In this document: in pieces, positions 1-9,973 of the stretch
Position numbering within the stretch: the first letter of the stretch is position 1
Layout: each line of letters opens with the position of its first letter
NCBI GenBank assembly: GCA_963808845.1
Contig: CAWEHD010000002.1
Location: 35,676-59,675, forward strand
Length of the DNA stretch: 24,000 nucleotides
Direction: 5' to 3'
Source of the DNA: an uncultured Rubrobacteraceae bacterium
Lineage (GTDB): Bacteria; Actinomycetota; Rubrobacteria; Rubrobacterales; Rubrobacteraceae
Notes under the pieces: model-generated
What the model was told of the DNA's origin: nothing
Database searches by the model: none
Seen by the model: the letters and a program-made list of their open reading frames with translations, nothing else
Program-made: the position numbers and the translations under genes

Positions 1-306
1 GTCTCCCCCGACGGCAAGCGGTTGGCCGTCATCGGACGCCTCGACCCGAAGTCGCCGACGAACCTGTACGTGCTTGACCCCGTCGTCGAGGACTTCACGG
101 CCGTAACGACGAACGAAGATATGGAGATAAAGACCGGGCCCGACGACCTGGCATGGTCGCCAGGCGGCAAGAGTGTCGCCGTCATCGCCCGTGGCATCCC
201 ATCCACGGAACCCGAGGTGCGCGCGGATCCTGCCTCCAGACTCCTGAGAGACTTCTACAACCTCTACGAGATACCGGTCGGCGGCTCCGAGGAGACCCCG
301 CGATGA
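1..306 (+). CDS. C-terminal fragment of a TolB/PD40-type beta-propeller repeat protein (5' end outside window)
   Basis: Frame 1 is open from base 1 (VSPDGKRLAVIGRLDP...). Two PD40-like repeat signatures, SPDGKRLAV and WSPGGKSVAV. Stop TGA at 304-306. Confidence 0.55.
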   Translation, partial: VSPDGKRLAVIGRLDPKSPTNLYVLDPVVEDFTAVTTNEDMEIKTGPDDLAWSPGGKSVAVIARGIPSTEPEVRADPASRLLRDFYNLYEIPVGGSEETPR

Positions 307-806
307 GGGACATAGTATTCTGGCTCTCCGGTGCGGCCCTGGCCTTCCTGGTTACGGCGGGTGCTTTCCTGCTCCTGGCGAACCTCGCCACCGCCCCTTC
401 CGAGAAGAGCCTGAATCCGGACAGGGCGCCGGGCGGGTCCGGAAACACCTTGGACCTGCAACTGGACAGAGAACGGCTCGCGTCTCTCGAGCCGCTACCC
501 GATCAGCGTCTCGACCTGGCAGTAGTGAACGAGGGCGACGAGCAACTATCGCACGTGAACGTGACCCTGATCGTCTCCTCCGAGAACACAACCCTTGCGG
601 ATTCTCGCTACTACAGGCAGACGGTCGAGATGCTACCAGCTGGCGGTACCGCAAACTTACGTTTCGAGTTCGACCTCCTGGCCCCCAAGCAGCCAGTCGC
701 GAGACCACCCGCAGCGCCCCCGGAACCATCGCGTGAGATCCTGGAGCTAAGGGCCACCACGCCAGATGGCAACTCGACGATCAGGACGGTGATCCTGCCA
801 CCTTGA
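303..806 (+). CDS. hypothetical membrane-anchored protein
   Basis: ATG at 303 overlaps the upstream stop (ATGA). N-terminal hydrophobic helix FWLSGAALAFLVTAGAFLLLANL. The part of ORF 153..806 upstream of 303 overlaps the previous gene and is Arg-rich, so it is probably not coding. Confidence 0.5.
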   Translation: MRDIVFWLSGAALAFLVTAGAFLLLANLATAPSEKSLNPDRAPGGSGNTLDLQLDRERLASLEPLPDQRLDLAVVNEGDEQLSHVNVTLIVSSENTTLADSRYYRQTVEMLPAGGTANLRFEFDLLAPKQPVARPPAAPPEPSREILELRATTPDGNSTIRTVILPP

Positions 807-814
807 GTGAGACC

Positions 815-1429
815 CTACCGGCTTCTTTGCTCGCCCGTAGAACGGGCCAGCGTACCAGGCACAGGCGATTTGAGCCCGGGCAGCTTTACCCGCCCGACCA
901 GCGCCCGCGCCAGCTCCCCAACCTCAACCGCGCTCTTCAGGTCGAGGTGCGCGAGCGTGTAGTAGCTCATGCGGTAAGGGGCGCGGCGCAAGGGCTGCCA
1001 GCCGCTCTCCAGAAGGAACGAAGTAGGCACGTGGTTGGACACCCCACGGTCGCTGGCTATCGCCTCGACCCTCCCGACGCCCCGCTGCTTGAGATCCCTG
1101 AGCATCCTCACTAACAGCCGGCGGCGCGTGCGCACGTCTCCCCCGGCGTAAGCCAGCAGCACGGCATCCTCATCGAGGGACCCCAGAGGGTAGCGCGCAG
1201 CGCGCCCCAGACGTTCCGGCGGCCCGTAGACCACAAACCCCTGAACCTCTCCACCGCGCCGCACGGCGAAACCCGCCGTCCCCCAGGTGCCGTTCAGCCC
1301 GCGGAACCAATCTTCTGCCGAATACTCATCGCCGGTCCAGTACGAGATTACGGCCTCGAGGCCGGGCACCTCGCTGGCGTCCTCGCACGAGATCTCGGCG
1401 ATCATCGGCACGAAAGACGTTGGTCTCAT
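815..1429 (-). CDS. GNAT-family N-acetyltransferase
   Basis: 204-aa ORF with acetyl-CoA-binding-like core (RRRLLVRMLRDLKQRGVGRVEA). Its start overlaps the stop of the upstream YtxH gene by 4 nt. Confidence 0.65.
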   Translation of the reverse strand: MRPTSFVPMIAEISCEDASEVPGLEAVISYWTGDEYSAEDWFRGLNGTWGTAGFAVRRGGEVQGFVVYGPPERLGRAARYPLGSLDEDAVLLAYAGGDVRTRRRLLVRMLRDLKQRGVGRVEAIASDRGVSNHVPTSFLLESGWQPLRRAPYRMSYYTLAHLDLKSAVEVGELARALVGRVKLPGLKSPVPGTLARSTGEQRSR

Positions 1430-1854
1430 CGCTCCTGACCCGGGCCGTTGTCCTTCGGACCCCGCAACCGTTCCCTGGTCTCCCTCACCTTCCGACGGAG
1501 CTCCTCGGATCTCTCGGCGTCGGGACTGGCACTCTCTTCGAAGGCTTCGGACTCGACATCGCGGGACACGTCCCTGAGGTAGGGCCGCGACGTCCCCCCA
1601 GATGCCGTGTTGGGGTCTCCGAGGTCGACGACCTCGGGACGTTGGCGAGACCCTTCGCGGACCTCGGCCAGACGCTCCCTCATCTGCTCCTGCGCATCGA
1701 AATAGGTCTCACGGCTCCTCTCGCGGGCCTCCCCAGCCCTGTTGGCGAGCGAGCCCCTGAGCTCCTTGCCACTACGCGGGGCCAGGAGTATGCCCACGAG
1801 GGCCCCTACCGCGCCACCGAGCACGAAGGTTCTCAGTCGCTGCCTGTCCAGCAC
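1426..1854 (-). CDS. YtxH domain-containing protein
   Basis: N-terminal GGAVGALVGILLAPRSGKELR motif typical of YtxH, followed by a charged helical tail. Confidence 0.7.
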   Translation of the reverse strand: MLDRQRLRTFVLGGAVGALVGILLAPRSGKELRGSLANRAGEARERSRETYFDAQEQMRERLAEVREGSRQRPEVVDLGDPNTASGGTSRPYLRDVSRDVESEAFEESASPDAERSEELRRKVRETRERLRGPKDNGPGQER

Positions 1855-1884
1855 CTTTGTCTCCTTCTGGCCTGCAGGGTTATT

Positions 1885-2868
1885 CTAACCGCTTTTCGCG
1901 CGGGTGATGGGGACCCCGTGCCTGGGGGTGCCGGCGTCGAGGAGCATCGCCGAGGGCTGCCGGCCGGCCCTGTCGGCTATTCCCGAGACCCTGTTGGTCA
2001 CGATCTCCACGGCCGCGTCCGAGGTGTTCTCTATGGAGAGGTTCTCGACGGCCTGCACACCTGCCCTGGCGGAACTCTCGACGATGTAGTCGTGGATCTG
2101 GCGTATCTCCCTGAAGTAGGAGATGTATTCCTCAGCCGGACGACGCATCGCCGTTCCGAGGGCCCTGATGTAGAAACGCGAGCGGTGCGCGTGCTCGTCG
2201 GAGAGGTACACCACAAGCGTGCACACGTTCGGATGGTCTCGGTAGCGGTTTAGGATGATCTCAGGCACGAGGTGAACCCCCTCGACCACGAGGTTCGTCC
2301 CCTCTTTCAGTCCCCTATCCACGATGGCCTCGACGCCGACGGCGACCTGGGAGGCCTGTTGCCTGAAGCCGTAGAGGACCATCTCGTCTTCCTCGACTGG
2401 CACCCTCAGGTCCTCGCGCTTTATATCGTAGGAACTCTTGTGGAGCAGTGGGAGCAGATCGGGGCTTACGGCGCGCCGCAGAACCTCCCTGATGGAGTCA
2501 GTACCGACCACGCTCTGGATGTTGAGGCGCCTGGCCACGTCGGCGGCGAGCGTGCTCGTCCCAACCCCCGTCGCACCGCCGATCAAGACCACAATAGGCT
2601 CGGTCGACTCCCTGAGGACGCGCCACTTGTCGAGCCTGCCTACGACGAATGCGTCTTTCTTGACCAGCTTGTTCCTGACGCGGGCAAGGACCTCCTCTTC
2701 CTCGACCGTGTAGCGCTGCTCGGCGAGGAGCTCGGCGCGCACCTCGCTCGCTATCCGGTGCGCCAGCTCGGCGCGCGCACCGGCCTGGGCCAGAGTCTGC
2801 GCCAGAATTCCCCGGGAGAACGGCGTCTCCCTGCCCCCCTTGACAATCGTGATCTCCCGCTCGTCCAT
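1885..2868 (-). CDS. 2-phosphoglycerate kinase-like protein with N-terminal ATP-cone domain
   Basis: 327 aa. ATP-cone-like N-terminus (ITIVKGGRETPFSRGILAQTL...), P-loop-like LIGGATGVGTSTLA, then VVGTDSIREVLR typical of the 2PGK family (COG2074-like). Confidence 0.7.
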   Translation of the reverse strand: MDEREITIVKGGRETPFSRGILAQTLAQAGARAELAHRIASEVRAELLAEQRYTVEEEEVLARVRNKLVKKDAFVVGRLDKWRVLRESTEPIVVLIGGATGVGTSTLAADVARRLNIQSVVGTDSIREVLRRAVSPDLLPLLHKSSYDIKREDLRVPVEEDEMVLYGFRQQASQVAVGVEAIVDRGLKEGTNLVVEGVHLVPEIILNRYRDHPNVCTLVVYLSDEHAHRSRFYIRALGTAMRRPAEEYISYFREIRQIHDYIVESSARAGVQAVENLSIENTSDAAVEIVTNRVSGIADRAGRQPSAMLLDAGTPRHGVPITRAKSG

Positions 2869-2895
2869 TGCACCCTCCTAGAGCGCCGACGATTA

Positions 2896-3490
2896 CTAGT
2901 CGCCAAGGATGCGGAGGCCCCCGTACTTCCTACCCCGCCGCTTCCTGATGCGGTTGAAAAAGAATAGCAGAAACCCGACGAACAAAAGCGGCAGAAACGG
3001 CAAGAAAAGCCCCACTACTCCACCAATAACCGCCACAACATCTTCCATAGCGCTCAAAAAAGCCGTCGAGACGCCGGCCGACGAACTCCTCGACGAAGGG
3101 CGCACGATAACCTCGAGCACGGCGACCAGGGCGGCGATCGCTCCACCGGCCACGAGCCCAGGGTGCTGAGCCGGCGTCGAGAAGCGCCCCAGGCTCGTAC
3201 ATCGCCGCAAACAGTAGAGCGCCGGCCACCATTCTGACCGGTATCATGGCGTAGCCGAACACGGGGTCCAGAGCCCGAACCTTGTCGAGCGAGATCTCTA
3301 GAACCGCAAGCGCCGAGAGCACCAACACGACGGTCCATCCGATCTGCAGTCCGAGGATGTCGGGCTCCGCGATGAATCCTAGCCGGGCGAACAGGCCGAA
3401 CAGCGCGAGCGGCACGAAAGCCCTCACCCCCGCTACGGAGGCGAGACCCAAGCCCAATCCTGCCAAGAGAAGATTCTCCACGGCCAGCAT
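2896..3490 (-). pseudogene. DUF4126-family membrane protein, needs one frame change
   Basis: ATG at 3490 gives MLAVENLLLAGLGLGLASVAGVRAFVPLALFGL... up to ...FAAMYEPGALLDA. The family-typical C-terminus (GLVAGGAIAALVAVLEVIVRPSS...SAMEDVVAVIGGVVGLF...) continues in ORF 2896..3210 in another frame. The switch lies at about 3160-3195. Confidence 0.6.
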
Positions 3491-3598
3491 TATATCGCGG
3501 CCCAGGGTAGATTTGCCCCGGCCGGTTCTCTCGAACCTGGTCCGATCCGCGGGTCTCTCTGGGCTATACTTGCATGACCCCAAGAGTTCGGAGGATCC

Positions 3599-4981
3599 GT
3601 GCCAGAGACCGTGACGATGGACAAGATAGTGGCCTTCTGCAAGCGAAGGGGCTTCGTGTACCAGAGCTCGGAGATCTACGGCGGAATCCGTTCCTCTTAC
3701 GATTATGGGCCGCTCGGCGTCGAGATGAAGCGGAACATCAAGGAGGAGTGGTGGCGCCGCATGGTCCACATGCGCGAGGACATGGTTGGGCTCGACTCGG
3801 CCATAATCATGCACCCGAAGGTGTGGGAGGCCTCTGGGCACACGGCCACCTTCAACGACATGCTCGTCGAGAGCCGCTCGAGCAAACGCCGCTACCGCGC
3901 CGACCATCTCATCGAAGACGCCACGGGCATAGACGCCGAGGGCTTGAGCCCGGAGCAGCTCACGAAGATCATCCAGGAGGACGACCGGGTAAAGGACCCG
4001 GCTGACGGTGGCAGGGATTTCGCCCCGGTCAGGCCCTTCAACTTGATGTTCGAGACTTACATGGGGCCCGTCAAGACCCCTGAGAATCTGGCATATCTGC
4101 GGCCCGAGACGGCGCAGGGGATCTTCGTGAACTTCAAGAACGTACTGCAGACCAGCAGGGTCAAGGTGCCTTTCGGGATCGCCCAACAAGGGAAGTCTTT
4201 CCGGAACGAGATCACACCGGGTAACTTCATCTTTCGTACTCGCGAGTTCGAGCAGATGGAGATGGAGTTCTTCGTCGAGCCGGGCACGGACGAGGCCTGG
4301 CACGAGTACTGGATCGAAGAACGCTGGTACTGGTATACGAACCTTGGCCTGAAAGAGGAAAACTTACGCCGCTACGAGCACCCCAAGGAGAAGCTCTCCC
4401 ACTACTCCAAGCGTACCGTTGACCTCGAATACAACTACGCCTCCGTCGGCTGGTCCGAGCTCGAAGGGATAGCCAACCGCACGGACTACGACTTGAAGCA
4501 GCACGCCGCATACTCGGGCGAGAACCTGGAGTACTTCGACCAGGCCACTGGCGAGCGCTACGTCCCTTATGTAATAGAACCCGCGGTCGGCCCTGACAGG
4601 ATCATGCTCGCCTTCCTCGTCGACGCCTACACGGAGGAAGAGGTGAAAGGAGAGGGGCGGATCGTGCTCAGGCTACACCCGCGCATAGCCCCGACCAAGG
4701 CCGCCGTCTTCCCGCTCTCCAAGAAAGAGCCCGTCTCGACCATAGCAAGAGAGCTCTACGACGACCTCAAAGGCGACTACCGCATCTTCTACGACGATTC
4801 AGGCTCCATCGGCCGCCGCTACCGTCGCCAGGACGAAGCTGGCACGCCGTTCTGCGTGACGGTCGACTTCGATACCATCGAGGACAAAAAGGTGACCATC
4901 CGCGACCGCGACACCTTACAGCAGGAGCGCGTACCCATTGCCGCGGTAAGGGACAGGCTGAAGGCCCTTATCTCGGGTTAG
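3599..4981 (+). CDS. glyQS: glycine--tRNA ligase (homodimeric class II GlyRS)
   Basis: 460 aa with [39 protein letters not shown] (class II motif 2) and [13 protein letters not shown] start at 3599, or ATG at 3617 ([13 protein letters not shown]). Confidence 0.95.
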   Translation: MPETVTMDKIVAFCKRRGFVYQSSEIYGGIRSSYDYGPLGVEMKRNIKEEWWRRMVHMREDMVGLDSAIIMHPKVWEASGHTATFNDMLVESRSSKRRYRADHLIEDATGIDAEGLSPEQLTKIIQEDDRVKDPADGGRDFAPVRPFNLMFETYMGPVKTPENLAYLRPETAQGIFVNFKNVLQTSRVKVPFGIAQQGKSFRNEITPGNFIFRTREFEQMEMEFFVEPGTDEAWHEYWIEERWYWYTNLGLKEENLRRYEHPKEKLSHYSKRTVDLEYNYASVGWSELEGIANRTDYDLKQHAAYSGENLEYFDQATGERYVPYVIEPAVGPDRIMLAFLVDAYTEEEVKGEGRIVLRLHPRIAPTKAAVFPLSKKEPVSTIARELYDDLKGDYRIFYDDSGSIGRRYRRQDEAGTPFCVTVDFDTIEDKKVTIRDRDTLQQERVPIAAVRDRLKALISG

Positions 4982-4991
4982 CCCGCGGAGA

Positions 4992-5402
4992 TTACGGCAA
5001 CAGGTTAATGTGTCCCTCCGCCGCCACGACGCCGAAGTGCCTGAGGTCCAGGGTCAGCGTCCGTCCACCGTTGCGTTCGGCGCAGGAGATCACACTAGCA
5101 TCCGCAAACCCTAGCGGCAGGTCTTCGTAACGCCCGACGAGCTCGCGGATGCGAGGTAGGTCTTCCTCGCCGCACTCCAGGGTCAGGCCGCCGGATTCGA
5201 GGTCCAGTATGAGACTCTCGAGCGCCCTCGCACCGAGGCGCTCCTCGACCATGTAGGCGATCTCAGCGAGTATCCCGGCCGGGACCAGGTAAGGTCCCCT
5301 ATCTTCGAAAAGCGCGGCCTTGACCCGTTCGTGATCTTTATCTGCGCGGTTGAGGAGGGCGAAAAGACCCGAAGTGTCCAGCGAGATCAGGGCTTCCCCC
5401 AC
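4992..5402 (-). CDS. vapC: PIN-domain toxin VapC
   Basis: 136 aa with LDTSGLFALL (N-terminal acidic PIN residue) and FADASVISCAE. Overlaps the upstream antitoxin gene by 16 nt. Confidence 0.85.
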   Translation of the reverse strand: MGEALISLDTSGLFALLNRADKDHERVKAALFEDRGPYLVPAGILAEIAYMVEERLGARALESLILDLESGGLTLECGEEDLPRIRELVGRYEDLPLGFADASVISCAERNGGRTLTLDLRHFGVVAAEGHINLLP

Positions 5403-5638
5403 CCAGCGCGTAACCAGTCTTCGGACTCCGCGCCGGAGAGTTCTTCGTCTTCACCGATTCCCACGGAGCGTAGCCGGGGACGCTCCCTGCGTTCCAGATA
5501 CTCCTCCAACGCCCTCCGAAGTACCTCAGCCTGAGCCTTCTTCTCTGAGCGGGCCGCCTCCTTGAGAGCCCGCTGCAGATGAGAAGGCAGATATACAGTC
5601 GTCTTCTCCACGGCGCTAAGTGTACCACCATATACCAT
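5387..5638 (-). CDS. vapB: ribbon-helix-helix (CopG/VapB-type) antitoxin
   Basis: KTTVYLPSHLQRALKEAARSEKKAQAEVLRRALEEYL is a typical RHH fold. An alternative GTG start 9 codons downstream would give MEKTTVYLP. Confidence 0.75.
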   Translation of the reverse strand: MVYGGTLSAVEKTTVYLPSHLQRALKEAARSEKKAQAEVLRRALEEYLERRERPRLRSVGIGEDEELSGAESEDWLRAGWGKP

Positions 5639-5647
5639 ATGTCATAT
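5627..5647 (-). promoter_or_regulatory. three tandem heptads (plus strand ACCATAT ACCATAT GTCATAT) at the vapB start, candidate autoregulatory operator or -10 region
   Basis: AT-rich tandem repeat in an otherwise GC-rich context, directly at the 5' end of the TA operon. Confidence 0.3.
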
Positions 5648-5711
5648 ATGAAGCCTCGTTGACCCGGCGGTCTACCGGGACCGGACCATCGAGGCTCCGC
5701 AAGCGGTGGTC

Positions 5712-7317
5712 CTACTCCTCCGGTATCTCGTCGTAGACCATGGTCAAGTCCATCCCCTGGGCGCGGCGGAGCAGGCGGAAGAACACGTAGATCCCTAGCG
5801 CAATACCGTACAGGATCAGCACGTAGATCAAGGACTGGCCGTTGTTGACGCCGTAGATGTCGTTGGAGAGCCACTGATAGATGCAGAAGATGAGGAACGC
5901 GCCGAAGGCCACGGAGACGACGGTGATCAAGGGTATCCCAAACACGTTGTAGCGGGCTATGGGGGAGGCGTTGTAGATCTCGGGCTTGCGCCACGGCAGG
6001 ATCGCCGCCGAGACCGCCGATCCCAGGAACGTTATCGCGATGACGAGCATGGCGTCGAGCACGTAGGTGGCGAAGTTCTCCCCGAAGGCGTACATGTAGC
6101 TGATCGGGATGGATGGGATCAGCATGAGCAACAGCGCCGCGTAGGGGACGCCGTTGTTCGAGGTCTTCGAGACCCATTCGGGGAGCACCCGGTCGAAGGC
6201 CGTGGCGAACACAACTCTGCGTCGAAGAGAGAAACACAGACCCGCACCACCCGAAGAACCATAGCGACATCAAGGCTATAAAGAGAAACTGCAAGATGGG
6301 GTTGTCGAGGAGCATAGCCGCCAGCAACCCCGGGTATGGCCACGCGGAGACCGGGCCTTCCCCGGCCCAGAAGGCGTTGTTGGCAGCGTAGTAGAATTCC
6401 CAGCCGAAGGTCTTGGCGAAGAGGAGGAGCAGAACCACGGCCGCAACCGAAGTGAACACGAGCGCCCCTGCCATCGCGTAGATGTTCTTGCGGAAGTCAG
6501 ACGCTCCACGGACCTCACCGTACAGTGTCGCCCCCCAGTTCGAGTACAGGTTGAAGAAGGCGACAAACGGGATCAGAAGCAGGGTCGGGAGAAAGGCGGA
6601 GCTGGTCTCGACGCTACCGGCCTGTATGGTCTGCTGGTAGGCGTTGCCGCTCGCGCCGAAGAGCTCCTGGGCTTCACGATTGAAGGCCGAGACGAAGGCT
6701 GACTGTGAACTGAAGAGCAAGATTACGACCATGGCCGCCAGTCCGACGAGAGCGCCGTAGAAGCAGAACTTCTGGATGCGGGCGTATGCCCTCATGCCCA
6801 GTGAGATGTACGCCGAGGCCACGATGGCGACGATCATGCAAGAGATGAACAGCCCGGGTGCATCCGGTGGGGCCTGGTTGAAAAAGGTGGCCACCCCGTC
6901 CAGGCCCAGGATCGCGGCCAGAGGCACGAAGACCTCCTTGTTCAAGAAGTCCGCGTAGATAGGCACCCAGTGCCACAGGATAAACCACCAGCCCGTCACC
7001 GCAAGCACGAAGCCGATGCCCCCGCCGAGGACGCGGCTCGTCCACACGTAGTCACCGCCGGCTCTCGGCATCACCGCGATCAGGGAAGCGTAGGTGACGG
7101 TCTGGAAGATCAGGTACAGCCCCGCCAGGATGACCGCCAGGATCAGGGAGCCTTCGGGGATGAACGGGGCGAAGGAGAAGGCGTAGAGGCCGAGCGTGAT
7201 CAGGTTGATCGAGAACGCCGCGTAGATGAAGCCGTCCCACACCGACCAGCCCCGCAAGAGCCCTGTGGCCTTCCTCTGGAAGAGGTCATCGGACCCCGCT
7301 GCTGCATTGTTCGCCAT
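5712..7317 (-). pseudogene. APC-superfamily amino acid/polyamine permease, needs one frame change
   Basis: N-terminal ~365 aa come from ORF 5338..7317 (MANNAAAGSDDLFQRKATGLLRGW...WFFGWCGSVFLSST). The C-terminal 166 aa come from ORF 5712..6212 (VFATAFDRVLPEWVSKTSNNGVPYAALLL...). The junction is at about 6212-6220. The remainder of the long ORF is an Arg-rich out-of-frame read. Confidence 0.75.
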
Positions 7318-7329
7318 CTAATTCCCTTT

Positions 7330-8304
7330 CTATCCGGTGGTCAACACGAACCGCTTGACTTTCTTGCCGCCGTCCAGGTTCACAACCGCGCCGAGCAACT
7401 GTCCCTGCTCGTAGGAACTGCCGGGGTTGATGCACAGCGTGCGTCCGATGCGGGTGTTGCCCTTGGCCTCGTGGATGTGCCCGTGCAGAGCCAGCGTCGG
7501 CTGACCCTCCTCTATCGCTTCCCTCACCGCCTTAGATCCGACGGGCACGATCGAACGCCCGCCGTGCTTGGGGCGCATGTTCTCGTCTATCTCGGGGGCG
7601 TCGTCGAGTCCCGAACCGTAGGGTGGACAGTGGAAGTTGTAGATGGTCCTCTCCGGCGGGGCGGTGACCTTGTCCGTCATCTTCTTCAGGCGTACCGCCA
7701 GGTCATCCTCGTCCTCCTCGCGGTAGGTGTCCCAGGGCGTGCGGTTCGACCAGCCGGTCGAGACCATCTGGAAGTCGCCGAACTCGACTACCTGGCCTTC
7801 GGCCAGCTTCACCCTCTTGGCGGAGGAGATTATCTCGTCGACCTCGAACTGGTCGTCGTTGCCGGGCGACACGAAACACTCTATATCGGTGCCATCTAGT
7901 TTCTCGTCGGCCATCTGCATCCAGCGCTCTATGGTCCCCAGCATCTCCTTGTAGAAGAGCTCATTGCGCATCTCCTCGTCCGATTCCAGCTCGCCCATCT
8001 CGTCCGGGTCGGTGCGGAACGGATAGTAGCCGCGCCTCTTTACCGAGTCCTCGAACTCCTTTACCTCGTCCTCGCTCTCGAATTCCCGCCGGTTCTCGAG
8101 TAGCGTCGCGTGCCAGCGGCCCGGTCCTTCCTCGACTATGGGGACGAGAGCTTTGCCCGTCATATCGCCACCGAGGATCATGATGTTCGCCTCGTAGTGC
8201 TTGCCCGAGTTCAAGAACTTGCGCCAGCAGGTCTCCGAGCCGTGGATGTCCGTGGCGAAGAATACCCTGGTATCGGGTTCCCGTGAAAAGAGTTTGGAGA
8301 TCAT
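7330..8304 (-). CDS. calcineurin-like metallophosphoesterase
   Basis: 324 aa with motifs FFATDIHG, LGGDMTGK, SPGNDD and LHGHIHE. Its start overlaps the upstream gene stop by 4 nt. Confidence 0.8.
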   Translation of the reverse strand: MISKLFSREPDTRVFFATDIHGSETCWRKFLNSGKHYEANIMILGGDMTGKALVPIVEEGPGRWHATLLENRREFESEDEVKEFEDSVKRRGYYPFRTDPDEMGELESDEEMRNELFYKEMLGTIERWMQMADEKLDGTDIECFVSPGNDDQFEVDEIISSAKRVKLAEGQVVEFGDFQMVSTGWSNRTPWDTYREEDEDDLAVRLKKMTDKVTAPPERTIYNFHCPPYGSGLDDAPEIDENMRPKHGGRSIVPVGSKAVREAIEEGQPTLALHGHIHEAKGNTRIGRTLCINPGSSYEQGQLLGAVVNLDGGKKVKRFVLTTG

Positions 8305-9082
8305 GGTCCTCCGTCCACCTCCTCAGGCAGTTCGTACCAGCGTTTGCGATCGCCTATCTTCGCGCGCATCTTCCAACCGAAGGTCTTCGGCTCTTCCTCG
8401 ATGCGCGCCAGCAATGCCTTGACGCGCTCGGTGATGCGCTCCTTGCTCTCGTCTTTCAGGTCGAAGCGCCCCAGGTAACCGTCCAGATGCTTCGAGGTTG
8501 GCCGTGAAGGTGCGCCACAGGCCCCAGTCTGAGGCGCACAGCTTGGCGATGCGAGCAGAGTTAATGGCGTCTCCGTCTTGTTCATCCACAGGATGGTCGT
8601 GCAAGAGGGCGAAGGCGTCGCCCACGTCCTTCTCGTTGAGCTCGACGACCTGGAGCTTGGTAAGCAGGAGCTCCGCGAGCGGGACGGTAAGCGGCTCCAT
8701 TGCCATACGGTCCCCGAAAGGGATCTCGTGGCTCATCCTGAAGTTGCCGACCAAAACGTCGACCTGCCTGTCGTGCTTCTCATCGAAGTACAAGCAGCCG
8801 CTCGCGGCCGTACATCGTGTTGAAGCGCGTCTGCGGAACGTATCCGAGGGACTCGAGGAACCGCTGCGTCTGGGAGGATTTGCCCTTCGGTATGATCCAA
8901 TCCAGGTCAGCGTATTCCCGCTCGAAAGCGGGCTCAAGTCCATCCTGGGAGCGTACCTTTATAGCCACCCCTCCGAGCAGGCGGAGATCCACGTCCCTGC
9001 GCTCGGCCTCCTCGGCGACCCGCACGGCCTCCTCGACCATGTCAGCCCTGATGTCGTCCGCGCTCTTCTCCTGGCTAGTCAC
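8301..9082 (-). pseudogene. nucleotidyltransferase-fold protein (uncharacterised NTase-like), needs two frame changes
   Basis: Three consecutive ORFs in three frames (8780..9082, the middle of 8323..8943, and 8301..8585) read as one protein. It has an NTase signature, LRLLGGVAIKV...EREYADLDWIIP. Frame switches are at about 8790-8795 and 8488-8492. Confidence 0.6.
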
Positions 9083-9088
9083 GTCTCT

Positions 9089-9973
9089 CTACTCCTCCTG
9101 TGCATTCTTCGCGGCTTCGATCCAGGGCCGCACCAGCTCCCTGTTCTCTTTCGCTTCGAGCCACCGTCTGACGCCCACCTCCGGGTCTTCAGCCTTGTTT
9201 ATCGTCAGCTCGAGGCTGCCTACCTGATCCTCGTCGAGCTTCATGGCGTTGATGAGTGCGTAGGCTGCGGGTTCATCCTTGGCGAGATCTTTGCGCGTGA
9301 CCGAGTGAAGCGTCTGAGGGGAGTCCACCGACCCCATCGCGTTCTTCGGGTCGGACAGATAACGGAACTCGTACTCCTGGTTCATCCAATGCGGCGACCA
9401 GGCGAGGAACACGAATGGCTCTTTCATACTGTAAGCCTGCTCCAGCTCGGCGAGCATCGCCGGCGTGGTGGCCTCGACAAGGCTGGCGTTCAGATGGTAC
9501 CGCGGGACCACGTCGGTCTGGATCTTCTTCATCAATACGGCACCAGGTTCTATACCCGTGATCATGTCGGTCCCCGAGGAGTCGAGATCGGAGATGGTAC
9601 GCACTTCCTGCATGTAATCGGGGACGGCGATACCGTACCTGGTCGGGTCGACGTACCAAGGCTCCTTGGAGACATCGATCCGGCCCCCACCCCCCTCCAC
9701 GAACTGCTCGTGGTTCGGCATCCAGGCGTCCAGGAACGCATCGGTGTTGCCTTCGATAAGGTCCTTGTAGACGGACACAACACCATCGGCGAGCTTGAGC
9801 TCGACGTTTTCGTAGCCGAGTTCCTCCTCGAGAAGCACCTTCGTCAGGTAGGAGTTGGCCACGTTCTCGTCCCAGCCCAGGTACCCGAGTGTTAGATCCC
9901 CGCCACCGCCGAACCCGCAGCCCGCGGCGAGAGCCCCTGCTACCAACAAAAGCAGCGAGGTCTTCAGCAACAT
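9089..9973 (-). CDS. glycine betaine/choline-type ABC substrate-binding lipoprotein (OpuAC/ProX-like)
   Basis: Signal peptide with lipobox MLLKTSLLLLVAGALAAGC from the ATG at 9973. LGYLGWDENVANSYLTKVLLEE and FLDAWMP are typical of the OpuAC fold. The longer ORF from 10087 adds an implausible polar extension. Confidence 0.8.
   Translation of the reverse strand: MLLKTSLLLLVAGALAAGCGFGGGGDLTLGYLGWDENVANSYLTKVLLEEELGYENVELKLADGVVSVYKDLIEGNTDAFLDAWMPNHEQFVEGGGGRIDVSKEPWYVDPTRYGIAVPDYMQEVRTISDLDSSGTDMITGIEPGAVLMKKIQTDVVPRYHLNASLVEATTPAMLAELEQAYSMKEPFVFLAWSPHWMNQEYEFRYLSDPKNAMGSVDSPQTLHSVTRKDLAKDEPAAYALINAMKLDEDQVGSLELTINKAEDPEVGVRRWLEAKENRELVRPWIEAAKNAQEE

Noticed and set aside
3491-3598. T-box leader upstream of glyQS
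   Set aside because: The intergenic space is only ~108 nt and shared with a divergent gene, too short for a T-box. No specifier/T-box sequence (AGGGUGGNACCGCG-like) was seen.
2930-4303. 457-aa minus-strand ORF spanning the glyQS region
   Set aside because: Only its last ~100 codons (from ATG 3490) look like a real protein (DUF4126). The rest is an Arg/Leu/Pro-rich antisense shadow of glyQS, typical of high-GC DNA.
8498-9895. 465-aa plus-strand ORF, plus similar long ORFs at 1420-2253, 2272-2967 and 6970-7899
   Set aside because: All lie antisense to genes with convincing family signatures and have biased Arg/Leu/Gly/Val-rich composition, so they are treated as non-coding.
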